Below, piece by piece: positions 36,220 to 46,918 of a DNA stretch of 64,000 nucleotides. Position 1 is the stretch's first letter. Each line of letters begins with the position of its first letter. The position numbers were made by a program, and so were the translations under genes. The notes under the pieces were generated by a model. That model was given only the letters and a program-made list of their open reading frames with translations. It did no database searches and had not been told where the DNA came from. Origin of the DNA: Polyangiales bacterium (GTDB taxonomy: Bacteria; Myxococcota_A; Polyangia; Polyangiales; Ga0077539); the NCBI GenBank assembly GCA_044229975.1, contig JBGARZ010000008.1:367408-431407 (forward strand). The letters run 5' to 3'.

Positions 36220-39200
36220 ATGAGGTCCATCCGACTTGGTTTTGCGCTCATGACGGCGGTGCTCCTGACCGCGTGCGCCCTCGACAACCCGACGGATCGC
36301 GTGTTTCCCGACGCGGGTCCGTGCGGCACCATGGGGGCGGCGTGCTGTCCCCCGGCCGACGCGGGTCCGGGAGCAGCGCGAACCATCTGTCGCGGTGACG
36401 GCCTCCTCTGCTCGTCCGGCAACTGCGTGGCGTGCGGCGCCGCGGGCCAGCCGTGCTGTGCGCCCACCGCGGGCGGCATGGACGGCGGGTCGGGCGGCAC
36501 CTGCACCGGCGCGGGCGTGTCGTGCCTCGCGAGCACGTGCGTCGACTGCTCCGGTCCCGACCGCGCGGTGTGCAACGGGCAGTGCGTGTCGCTCCTCAGC
36601 GACACCAACTGCGGCGGCTGCGGCACCGCGTGCGTGACCAGCTCGGGCGAGCGCTGCGTGCGCCCCGCGATGAGCAGCGTCGACGGCGGCGTGACCGACG
36701 CGGGCTCTCAGCCCGACGGCGGGGCGCGGGTGGCTTTCTGCCAGATCCAGTGCCCGCCGGGGCAGACGCTCTGCGGCAACACCTGCCGCGACCTCACGAG
36801 CGACCCCAACAACTGCAGCGCGTGCAGCAGGCAGTGCTCGCTGCCGGGCGCAGTCTCCGGGTGCATGGCAAGCGCCTGCACGCTGGGCGCGTGCAACGAC
36901 GGCTTCGGCAACTGCGACGGCAACAACGCCAACGGCTGCGAGGTCACCACGACGACCGACGCGATGAACTGCGGCACCTGCGGCAACCGCTGCAGCTTTG
37001 CCAACGCGGGCGCCACCTGCGTGGCGGGTCGCTGCGCGATGGGAACCTGCAACACCGGCTTCGCCGACTGCGACGGGAGTCCCATCAATGGCTGCGAGAC
37101 CAACACGGCGATGGGCGACATCAACAACTGTGGGGCGTGCAGCAACCGCTGCCCGCCGCCCCCAGTGGGTGGCGTAGCGGCTTGCTCCGCTGGCGCTTGC
37201 GCCGTTGCGCTCTCCTGTCCCGCCGATCGCGCTGATTGCAACGTCTCCCGGGCTGACGGCTGCGAGGTCAACATCTTCACCGAGACCGCCAACTGCGGTG
37301 CTTGCGGTCGCATGTGTTCCGCTGAGGGCGGTGTAGCGGGCTGCGCGAATGGCACATGCTCCATCACATGTTCCACCGGTCGATCCAACTGCGACGGCAT
37401 GGTTTCCACTGGTTGCGAGATCAACACCACCAACAACGTCAGCCACTGCGGAATGTGCGGGCGTTCGTGCACCTCGCTACCCAACGTGCTCGCGGCGGGC
37501 GTGGGCTGCACTGGCAGCGCGTGTACGCTCGGCGGCGGGACGGCTTCGTGCGTCGCTGGCTTCGGCAACTGCGACAGCAACGCCAACAACGGCTGCGAGA
37601 CCAACACCAACGTCGACGGCACCAACTGCGGCGCCTGCGGCCGGATGTGCCTCGCTGGTCAGACCTGCCGAATGGGCACCTGCACCACCGTCTGCGCAGC
37701 AGGCACCGATCCGTGCACGGTCGCCAGCGTCACGACCTGCCGCGACCTCCAGAGCGACCGGGCCAACTGCGGCGCTTGCGGTGTCACCTGCCCGACCGGC
37801 CAAGTCTGCGCGAGCGGCACATGTCAGGTCTCCTGCGGCAGCACGCAAACCAACTGCTCGGGCACCTGCCGCGACCTCACCTCTGATCGCAACAACTGCA
37901 ACGGCTGCGGTATCGCCTGCGCCAGCGGTCAGATCTGCATGGGCAGCGCGTGCGTGACCACCTGCCTCTCCGGGCAGACCGACTGCTCGGGCACCTGCCG
38001 CAACCTCGTGACGGACAACACCAACTGCGGGATGTGCGGGCGCATCTGCACGGGCGGCACGAGCTGCTCGGGGAGCACCTGCTCGTGCCCGTCGGGTCAG
38101 ACCAACTGCACCGGGACGTGTCGCTCGCTCCAGACCGACAACAACAACTGCGGCACCTGCGGCACCGTGTGCGCCGGGGGCACCGTCTGCACCGCTGGCG
38201 TCTGCCGCGCCAACTGCGCGACGGGTCAGACCGACTGCTCGGGCGTCTGCCGCGACCTCGCGACGGACAACACGAACTGCGGGATGTGCGGTCGGGCCTG
38301 CACCGGCGGCACGCTCTGCATCTCCGGGAGCTGCGCCTGCCCGACCGGGCAGATCAACTGCTCGGGCACCTGCCGGGCGACCCTGACCGACAGCAACAAC
38401 TGCGGAACGACCACGGCCGCCTGCGGCAACGTGTGCCCGTCGGGGCAGTTCTGCTCGGGCGGCGCGTGCAACACGACCTGCGCGTCGCCGACGTTCAACT
38501 GCTCGGGCTTCTGCCGCGACCGCTCCAACGATCCGTCCAACTGCGGGGCGTGCGGGACGGTGTGCACGCGGGCCAACGGCGTGGCGGGCTGCGCGTCGAG
38601 CGCGTGCACCCTCGCGGCCTGCAACGCCGGCTTCGGCAACTGCGACGGCGACGCCAGCAACGGCTGCGAGGTCAACACCAACACCACGGTGACCAACTGC
38701 GGCGTGTGCGGCAACAGCTGCCAGTTCGCCAACGCGGCCGCCACCTGCGTGGCCGGACGCTGCACCATGGGCGCCTGCGCGACGGGCTTCCGCGACTGCA
38801 ACGGCTCGGCCGTCGACGGCTGCGAGGTCAACATCACCGCGGGTGACATCAACAACTGCGGCGCGTGCACCACCCGCTGCCCGACGCCGCCCGTCGGCAG
38901 CATCGCGGTGTGCGCGTCGTCGACCTGCGGCACCTCCAGCGTGAGCTGCGCGGCGGGCACCGCCGACTGCAACGGCCTGCCCGCGGACGTGTGCGAGGTG
39001 AACATCACCACGACGAGCAACTGCGGCGCCTGCGGCCGCGCGTGCGTGAGCACCAACGGCACGGCGAGCTGCACCTCGGGCCTGTGCGGCATCGCCTGCT
39101 CGACGGGCTTCGGCAACTGCAACGGCGTGCTGAGCGACGGCTGCGAGATCAACACCCGCACCAGCCCCACCAACTGCGGCGCCTGCAACAACATCTGCGC

Positions 39201-40011
39201 CCTCGCCAACGCCACCTCCGGGTGCGCGAGCAGCGCGTGCACCATCGCGAGCTGCAACGCCGGCTTCGACAACTGCGACGGCGTGGTCGCCAACGGCTGC
39301 GAGACCAACCTCAACAGCAGCAACACCAACTGCGGCGCCTGCGGCACCGTCTGCGGATCGGGCACCGTCTGCTCGGCGGGCGTGTGCGTGAGTTCGTGCG
39401 GGTCGGGTCAGACCAACTGCTCGGGCACCTGCCGCAACCTCACCTCCGATCCCGACGCGTGCGGCGCGTGCAGCACCGTGTGCTCGGGCACCGGCGTCGT
39501 GTCGCGCACCTGCGGCGCGAGCGCGTGCAACGGCGTCTGCCAGGCGGGCCGCGCCAACTGCGACGGCAACCTCCAGAGCAACGGGTGCGAGATCGACACC
39601 AACACCTCGGTCACCCAGTGCGGCGCGTGCACCGGTGCGGCGTGCTCGACCAGCAACATCGCGGTGGCCTGCTCGGGCGGCAACTGCACCGGCACCTGCA
39701 ACGTGGGCTTCGCCGACTGCGACGCCAACAAGCGCACCAACGGTTGCGAGATCAACACCACCAACGACGTCAACAACTGCGGCTCGTGCGCCAACGTCTG
39801 CCCGGCGCGCGCCAACGCGGCGACGACGTGCGTGAGCAGCGCGTGCGGGTTTACCTGCAACGCGGACTTCGCCGATTGCGACGGCATGGCGGCCACCGGC
39901 TGCGAGGCCGACCTCTCGCTCGCCACGCACTGCGGCGCCTGCGGCGTCGTGTGCTCCGGCGGGACGCCGAGCTGCGTTCTGATGAGCGGCAGCTACGTCT
40001 GCGGCATCTGA
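36220..40011 (+). CDS. Giant Cys-rich repeat lipoprotein A
   Basis: Lipobox LTAC. Many CDG...NGCE and D..NCG.CG..C repeats. About 1260 aa. Confidence 0.88.
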   Translation: MRSIRLGFALMTAVLLTACALDNPTDRVFPDAGPCGTMGAACCPPADAGPGAARTICRGDGLLCSSGNCVACGAAGQPCCAPTAGGMDGGSGGTCTGAGVSCLASTCVDCSGPDRAVCNGQCVSLLSDTNCGGCGTACVTSSGERCVRPAMSSVDGGVTDAGSQPDGGARVAFCQIQCPPGQTLCGNTCRDLTSDPNNCSACSRQCSLPGAVSGCMASACTLGACNDGFGNCDGNNANGCEVTTTTDAMNCGTCGNRCSFANAGATCVAGRCAMGTCNTGFADCDGSPINGCETNTAMGDINNCGACSNRCPPPPVGGVAACSAGACAVALSCPADRADCNVSRADGCEVNIFTETANCGACGRMCSAEGGVAGCANGTCSITCSTGRSNCDGMVSTGCEINTTNNVSHCGMCGRSCTSLPNVLAAGVGCTGSACTLGGGTASCVAGFGNCDSNANNGCETNTNVDGTNCGACGRMCLAGQTCRMGTCTTVCAAGTDPCTVASVTTCRDLQSDRANCGACGVTCPTGQVCASGTCQVSCGSTQTNCSGTCRDLTSDRNNCNGCGIACASGQICMGSACVTTCLSGQTDCSGTCRNLVTDNTNCGMCGRICTGGTSCSGSTCSCPSGQTNCTGTCRSLQTDNNNCGTCGTVCAGGTVCTAGVCRANCATGQTDCSGVCRDLATDNTNCGMCGRACTGGTLCISGSCACPTGQINCSGTCRATLTDSNNCGTTTAACGNVCPSGQFCSGGACNTTCASPTFNCSGFCRDRSNDPSNCGACGTVCTRANGVAGCASSACTLAACNAGFGNCDGDASNGCEVNTNTTVTNCGVCGNSCQFANAAATCVAGRCTMGACATGFRDCNGSAVDGCEVNITAGDINNCGACTTRCPTPPVGSIAVCASSTCGTSSVSCAAGTADCNGLPADVCEVNITTTSNCGACGRACVSTNGTASCTSGLCGIACSTGFGNCNGVLSDGCEINTRTSPTNCGACNNICALANATSGCASSACTIASCNAGFDNCDGVVANGCETNLNSSNTNCGACGTVCGSGTVCSAGVCVSSCGSGQTNCSGTCRNLTSDPDACGACSTVCSGTGVVSRTCGASACNGVCQAGRANCDGNLQSNGCEIDTNTSVTQCGACTGAACSTSNIAVACSGGNCTGTCNVGFADCDANKRTNGCEINTTNDVNNCGSCANVCPARANAATTCVSSACGFTCNADFADCDGMAATGCEADLSLATHCGACGVVCSGGTPSCVLMSGSYVCGI

Positions 40012-40076
40012 CCGCGTCCCTCCTCCCGTAGCGGGCGCGATCGACCGCGCCCGCATTCCCCCCCGACAAACACTGC

Positions 40077-40132
40077 GGGCCCACGCTGCGGCGTCAGCGC
40101 GACGTGGGTCCGCCGACTGCGGGCCTGACCGG
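40077..40132. repeat. Partial copy of the REP-like family found at 53481/55808-55980
   Basis: GGGCCCACGCTGCGGCGTCAGCGCG at 40077. 40113-40132 is the exact reverse complement of 55808-55827. Confidence 0.75.
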
Positions 40133-40172
40133 TGCACACCCGATGTCCAGCACCGATGACCCGACTGGTGTT

Positions 40173-41255
40173 CTAGAACGCTCCGCCGACCACGGCGCCG
40201 CCCACCCCGGGCGCGACCCACGGCACGACGGACCAGCGCGGCGCCGCGGGCGTCGACGGAGCCGTCACCGCGAGCACCAGGCCCGTCACCGCGAGGACGC
40301 CACCAGCGACGCCCGACACCAGCGCGATGGTCGCCGACGACGAGAGCCGCGAGCAGAGGTCCTGCACCTGCGACGCGTCGGAGCCGGTGCGGGTGCGGGC
40401 GAGCTCGCAGACCTCGGTGCCCGAACGACCGCGGTTGAAGTTCTCGTCGGCCTGAAAGCGCGCCCACGCCCCGTACGGTTCGGCGGACGTCGGCGTCGCG
40501 TCGGTGGCGCTGCCGTTGGCGCTCGCGTTGAGCCCGAAGAACACCCCCGACACCACCAACGCCGCGGCGCCCGTCCCGAGGAGGGCGTAGCCCACGTAGC
40601 GCCTCGTCGGCACACGGCGCACCGTGGCCTCGGGCGGCCGCACCGCGAGCGCGACCGGCGCCGCCTCGACGACCGTCGTGCTGGGTGCAGCAACCGTCGG
40701 CGTCGCGGGAGGAGCGTCGAGCGACGCCAGGGTCACCGTCTCGCGCAGCGGCGCGCGGCCGACCTCCACCGTGCGCGTCACCGACGCGTGGGCCTCCGCG
40801 CGCACCGTGAACGTCACCGGGCCCGTCGCCACGCGCAGCGTCGCCGGGAGCCGCCCGACCACCGTCGCGCCGATGAGCACCTCGGCCCCGACGGGCGCGC
40901 CTTGGATCTCCATGCGCCCGACGTGCGCGCGAATCTCCGCGAGCGAGTCTTCCAGCGCGCGGCGGTTGCGGCGGATCCAACGGTGCTCGCGCTCGGCGAT
41001 GGCCGCCGCGAGGTGGGCCTCGGCGTCGACCCAGCGACCGAGGGCCTGCTCGGCGAGGGCGACCTGCGCGAGCGCCCGCGGCGACCGCTGCGCCTCCCAC
41101 GCCTGGCGAAACACCCGCAGCGCGGCTTCGTCCTGTCCGGCGGTGCGCAGCTCGACCCCGCGGTCGATGAGCGCGTCGGCGTCCTGACCCTGGGCGATGG
41201 ACGCCGCGAGCGTGACCACGAGGCAACCCACCACGGCAAAACGCACGCTGGCCAT
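40173..41255 (-). CDS. Secreted TPR + PEGA domain protein with hydrophobic C-terminus
   Basis: Signal peptide, LIDRGVELR..G...PRALAQVALAEQALGRW TPR, PVGAEVLI..G PEGA-like, two hydrophobic helices, C-terminal Phe. Confidence 0.8.
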   Translation of the reverse strand: MASVRFAVVGCLVVTLAASIAQGQDADALIDRGVELRTAGQDEAALRVFRQAWEAQRSPRALAQVALAEQALGRWVDAEAHLAAAIAEREHRWIRRNRRALEDSLAEIRAHVGRMEIQGAPVGAEVLIGATVVGRLPATLRVATGPVTFTVRAEAHASVTRTVEVGRAPLRETVTLASLDAPPATPTVAAPSTTVVEAAPVALAVRPPEATVRRVPTRRYVGYALLGTGAAALVVSGVFFGLNASANGSATDATPTSAEPYGAWARFQADENFNRGRSGTEVCELARTRTGSDASQVQDLCSRLSSSATIALVSGVAGGVLAVTGLVLAVTAPSTPAAPRWSVVPWVAPGVGGAVVGGAF

Positions 41256-41394
41256 GTGCGTGACTCGCGTATCACTCCGACCGCGGCGTTGGAAGGACCT
41301 TCGACCCTGCAACTCCCTCGACCCCGCACGGCTCTGCGGGTGTCTTGCGCCGCCGCGCGAGTCGTGACCAGACTCCGCGCGGATCAGCGCCCCG

Positions 41395-42882
<1,488 letters not shown>

Positions 42883-42937
42883 CGGTTCTCGTTCAAGGTC
42901 GGCGAAGGCCCCCGTCGTGATATCCACGGAGGCAACG

Positions 42938-45865
42938 ATGCGCGCTCGGGGCTACGTCGGGCTGTTGGTTGCGTTGCTGTCGGCGTGTTCGTTCGCGCCG
43001 GACAACCCCTCGTTGCGGGCGCTCCCCGACGCGAGCGCCGCTCCCGACCTCGGCGGTCGCATCGACGTCAGCACCACCCTCGACGTCCGCGTCGACATCG
43101 GCACCCTCCCCGACCGCACGACGCCCGTCGACGTCGTCGCGCTCCCCGACGCAGACCTCGACGCCTGCGCGGGCGCCATCTGCGAAGGCCGATGCGTCTC
43201 GCTCGTCAACGACCCCGACCACTGCGGCGCGTGCGGGCGGCGGTGCGAGCTCCCCGGCGCCATCACCGGCTGCATGGCGGGCGAGTGCACCTTCGCGAGC
43301 TGTCGTGACGGCTTCGGCAATTGCGACGGCAGCCCCATCAACGGCTGCGAGGCCGCGACCTCCATCGACGTCACCAACTGCGGCGCGTGCGGCAACCGGT
43401 GCAGCTTCGCCAACGCCGACGCCACCTGCGCGGCGGGCGCCTGCGTGATGGGCGCCTGCGCCGCGGGCTTCGCCAACTGCGACGGCAACGCGACCAACGG
43501 CTGCGAGACCAACGTCGGCACTGGGGACCTCGCCAACTGCGGCGCGTGCGGCAACGCCTGCCCGACGCCCCCGAGCGGCGTCACCGCGCTGTGCGTGGGC
43601 GGGGTGTGCGGCCTCGGCGTTCCGGTGTGCACGAGCGATCGCGCCAACTGCGACGGCGAGAGCGCCAACGGGTGCGAGGTGGCCATCTTCAGCGACGTCG
43701 GTCACTGCGGCGGCTGCGGGATGCGTTGCAGCGACACGGGCGGCACCGCGCGCTGCATGGGCGGCGTGTGCGCCATCACCTGCTCGCCGGGGCTCGGCGA
43801 CTGCGACGGCGACGTGGCCAACGGGTGCGAGACGAGCACCAACACCAGCACGACGCACTGCGGGGCCTGCAACCGCGTGTGCGCGGTCGCCAACGCGACG
43901 GCGGCATGCGTGAGCGGGGCCTGCACGGTCGGGATGTGCGACGCGGGCTACGCCGACTGCGACGGCAGCGTGACCAACGGGTGCGAGGTCAACACGGCCG
44001 TCGATGAGTCCAACTGCGGGACGTGCGGCGCGGCGTGCCCGGGTGGTCAGCTCTGCTCGGCGGGCGTGTGCCTCGCCAACTGCGCGACGGGCCAGACCGG
44101 GTGCGCGGGCGTCTGCCGCGACCTCGCGACGGACAACACCAACTGTGGGGCGTGCGGGCGCGCGTGCGCGGGCGGGACGTTTTGCGTGGCGGGCGCCTGC
44201 GTGTGCCCGGTCGGGCAGACGAGCTGCTCGGGCACCTGCCGCGCGACGCAGACCGACAACAACCACTGCGGCGCGTGCGGCATCGTCTGCGCCACGGGGC
44301 AGGTCTGCTCGGGCGGCGTCTGCGGCACCACCTGCGCGTCGCCCACCGTCAACTGCTCGGGCCTCTGCCGCGACCGCGCCACCGACCCCAACAACTGCGG
44401 GGCGTGCGGGACGGTGTGCACGCGGGCCAACGGCGTGGCGGGCTGCGCGTCGAGCGCGTGCACCCTCGCGGCCTGCAACGCCGGCTTCGGCAACTGCGAC
44501 GGCAACGCCGCCAACGGCTGCGAGGTCAACACCAACACCACGGTGACCAACTGCGGCGTGTGCGGCAACAGCTGCCAGTTCGCCAACGCGGCCGCCACCT
44601 GCGTGGCGGGGCGCTGCACCATGGGCGCCTGCGCGACAGGCTTCCGCGACTGCAACGGCTCGGCCGTCGACGGCTGCGAGGTCAACGTCACCGCGGGCAA
44701 CATCAACCACTGCGGCGCGTGCAACACCCGCTGCCCGACGCCGCCCGTCGGCAGCATCGCGGTGTGCACGGCGTCGACCTGCGGCACCTCCAGCGTGAGC
44801 TGCGCAGCAGGCACCGCCGACTGCAACGGCCTGCCCGTGGACATGTGCGAGGTGAACATCACCACGACGAGCAACTGCGGCGCCTGCGGCCGCGCGTGCG
44901 TGAGCACCAACGGCACGGCGAGCTGCACCTCGGGCCTGTGCGGCATCACCTGCTCGACGGGCTTCGGCAACTGCAACGGCGTGCTGAGCGACGGCTGCGA
45001 GATCAACACCCGCACCAGCCCCACCAACTGCGGCGCCTGCAACAACCTCTGCGCCCTCGCCAACGCCACCTCCGGGTGCACGAGCGGCGTGTGCGCCATC
45101 GCGAGCTGCAACGCCGGCTTCGACAACTGCGACGGCATGGTCGCCAACGGCTGCGAGACCAACCTCAACAGCAGCAACACCAACTGCGGCGCCTGCGGCA
45201 CCGTGTGCGGGTCGGGCACCGTCTGCTCGGCGGGCGTGTGCGTGAGTTCGTGCGGGTCGGGTCAGACCAACTGCTCGGGCACCTGCCGCAACCTCACCGC
45301 CGACCCCGACGCGTGCGGCGCCTGCGGCAACGTCTGCTCGGGCACCGGCGTCGCGTCGCGCACCTGCGGCGCGAGCGCGTGCAACGGCGTCTGCGCGGCG
45401 GGCCGCGCCAACTGCGACGGCAACCTCCAGAGCAACGGCTGCGAGGTCGACACCAACACCTCGGTCACCCAGTGCGGCGCGTGCACCGGTGCGGCGTGCT
45501 CGACCAGCAACATCGCGGTGGCCTGCTCGGGCGGCAACTGCACGGGCACCTGCAACGTGGGCTTCGCCGACTGCGACGCCAACAAGCGCACCAACGGCTG
45601 CGAGATCAACACCACCAACAACCCGAACCACTGCGGCGCGTGCGCCAACGTCTGCCCGCTCCGCGCCAACGCCTCGGCGACGTGTGTGAGCAGCGCGTGC
45701 GGGTTTGCGTGCGAGCCGGGCTGGGGCAACTGCGACGGCATGGCGGCCAACGGCTGCGAGGCGAGCCTGACCACCAACGGCAACTGCGGCGCGTGCGGGA
45801 CGGTGTGCAGCGGGGCGACGCCCAACTGCATCCTGCTCGTCGAGGGTGCGGGCTGCGGGCTGTGA
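42938..45865 (+). CDS. Giant Cys-rich repeat lipoprotein B, paralog of 36220-40011
   Basis: GGAGG SD, lipobox LSAC, same repeat types. Near-identical to lipoprotein A over about 1.2 kb. Confidence 0.88.
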   Translation: MRARGYVGLLVALLSACSFAPDNPSLRALPDASAAPDLGGRIDVSTTLDVRVDIGTLPDRTTPVDVVALPDADLDACAGAICEGRCVSLVNDPDHCGACGRRCELPGAITGCMAGECTFASCRDGFGNCDGSPINGCEAATSIDVTNCGACGNRCSFANADATCAAGACVMGACAAGFANCDGNATNGCETNVGTGDLANCGACGNACPTPPSGVTALCVGGVCGLGVPVCTSDRANCDGESANGCEVAIFSDVGHCGGCGMRCSDTGGTARCMGGVCAITCSPGLGDCDGDVANGCETSTNTSTTHCGACNRVCAVANATAACVSGACTVGMCDAGYADCDGSVTNGCEVNTAVDESNCGTCGAACPGGQLCSAGVCLANCATGQTGCAGVCRDLATDNTNCGACGRACAGGTFCVAGACVCPVGQTSCSGTCRATQTDNNHCGACGIVCATGQVCSGGVCGTTCASPTVNCSGLCRDRATDPNNCGACGTVCTRANGVAGCASSACTLAACNAGFGNCDGNAANGCEVNTNTTVTNCGVCGNSCQFANAAATCVAGRCTMGACATGFRDCNGSAVDGCEVNVTAGNINHCGACNTRCPTPPVGSIAVCTASTCGTSSVSCAAGTADCNGLPVDMCEVNITTTSNCGACGRACVSTNGTASCTSGLCGITCSTGFGNCNGVLSDGCEINTRTSPTNCGACNNLCALANATSGCTSGVCAIASCNAGFDNCDGMVANGCETNLNSSNTNCGACGTVCGSGTVCSAGVCVSSCGSGQTNCSGTCRNLTADPDACGACGNVCSGTGVASRTCGASACNGVCAAGRANCDGNLQSNGCEVDTNTSVTQCGACTGAACSTSNIAVACSGGNCTGTCNVGFADCDANKRTNGCEINTTNNPNHCGACANVCPLRANASATCVSSACGFACEPGWGNCDGMAANGCEASLTTNGNCGACGTVCSGATPNCILLVEGAGCGL

Positions 45866-45869
45866 GGGA

Positions 45870-46154
45870 TTAGACGGCGCGGCGGCGAGCGGCGCCCGGC
45901 TGGCGGGTGACCTGCGGCTTGGCGCGGGGAGCGGCGGGCGGCGCAGCGACGCGGGGCGCGCGCGGGGTGTTGGCGTCGGCAGGGGCGTCGGCCTCGGCCG
46001 CGTCGGCGGCGTCTGCAGCGGCGGTGGCAGCGGCAGCGGCGGCGCGCTGGGTGGCGAGCTCGGCGGCGTGCGCGGCCTCGTCCTTGGGGAGGTGACACTT
46101 CTTGTACTTGAGACCCGAGCCGCAGTGGCACGGGTCGTTGCGACCGACCTTCAT
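45870..46154 (-). CDS. SEC-C motif protein
   Basis: KVGRNDPCHCGSGLKYKKCH followed by an Ala/Pro-rich tail. Confidence 0.85.
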   Translation of the reverse strand: MKVGRNDPCHCGSGLKYKKCHLPKDEAAHAAELATQRAAAAAATAAADAADAAEADAPADANTPRAPRVAAPPAAPRAKPQVTRQPGAARRRAV

Positions 46155-46241
46155 GGAGAAACCTCTCTGTCCGTGTGATGGGCGCGGCTTCGGGCCGCGG
46201 CGGGCGGCGATGGTAGCGCAGCCCGCGCGAGGCGGCAGAGG

Positions 46242-46460
46242 CTATTCGGGCGGGCGAGAGGGAGGCGCGTGCTCGGCCGCGGGCAGCGAGGGGTGGTCTT
46301 CGCGCGGGGGTTCGGTGCGGCGACGGCAGGTCTTCGCGCAGACCGGGCAGCAGTGCGCCCAGACGTCGCCGACGAGCACCGGCACCGTCGCCATCTCGGG
46401 GCACTGGTAGGGCTCCGCCGCCCCGTCCTCCGTGGTGAAGACCCGCTCACATCGGATCAT
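46242..46460 (-). CDS. Small Cys-rich hypothetical protein
   Basis: 72 aa, MIRCE...QC...HCCPVC..C. Coding status is not certain. Confidence 0.4.
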   Translation of the reverse strand: MIRCERVFTTEDGAAEPYQCPEMATVPVLVGDVWAHCCPVCAKTCRRRTEPPREDHPSLPAAEHAPPSRPPE

Positions 46461-46563
46461 CGGTGGAGTGTGTTCCGGTTGGCGGGCGCTTGTCGATGAG
46501 CCCGGCGGAGGAGTGGTGTCCGAGTTAGGACACCGATTGTCGAGCGCCCGCCAAAGTAGGACA

Positions 46564-46815
46564 CCTGCGTCGCTCACGCCGGAGTTCACCGTGCCGTCCT
46601 CGCGCTCACCGCGTCCGGTTCACTCCGGGCTATTTCACGCGGATCGCCCCGCTTGAAGCGGGGCTCCGTGGCTCGTCATGCGATGATTGGTGGCCCACGA
46701 TCGGATTCACGGAGCCCCGCTTCGAGCGGGGCGATCCGCGTGAAATAGCCGTGGAGTGAACCGGACGCAGTGAGCGCGAGGACGGCACGGTGAACTCCGG
46801 CGTGAGCGATGCGGG
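46564..46815. repeat. Long palindromic element, about 107-bp arms with nested REP-like hairpin
   Basis: 46564-46670 is inverted at 46708-46815 with few mismatches and one indel. Each arm carries GCCCCGCTT(G/C)(A/G)AGCGGGGC. Confidence 0.93.
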
Positions 46816-46918
46816 TTCTCAACTTGGGACACTTGGCTTCAACTTAGGACACGACCGGCGGTGGCAACGGCCCGCGCCGTGGTCGCAGACGATGGTTTCA
46901 CGATAGCGTCGGGTCCCT

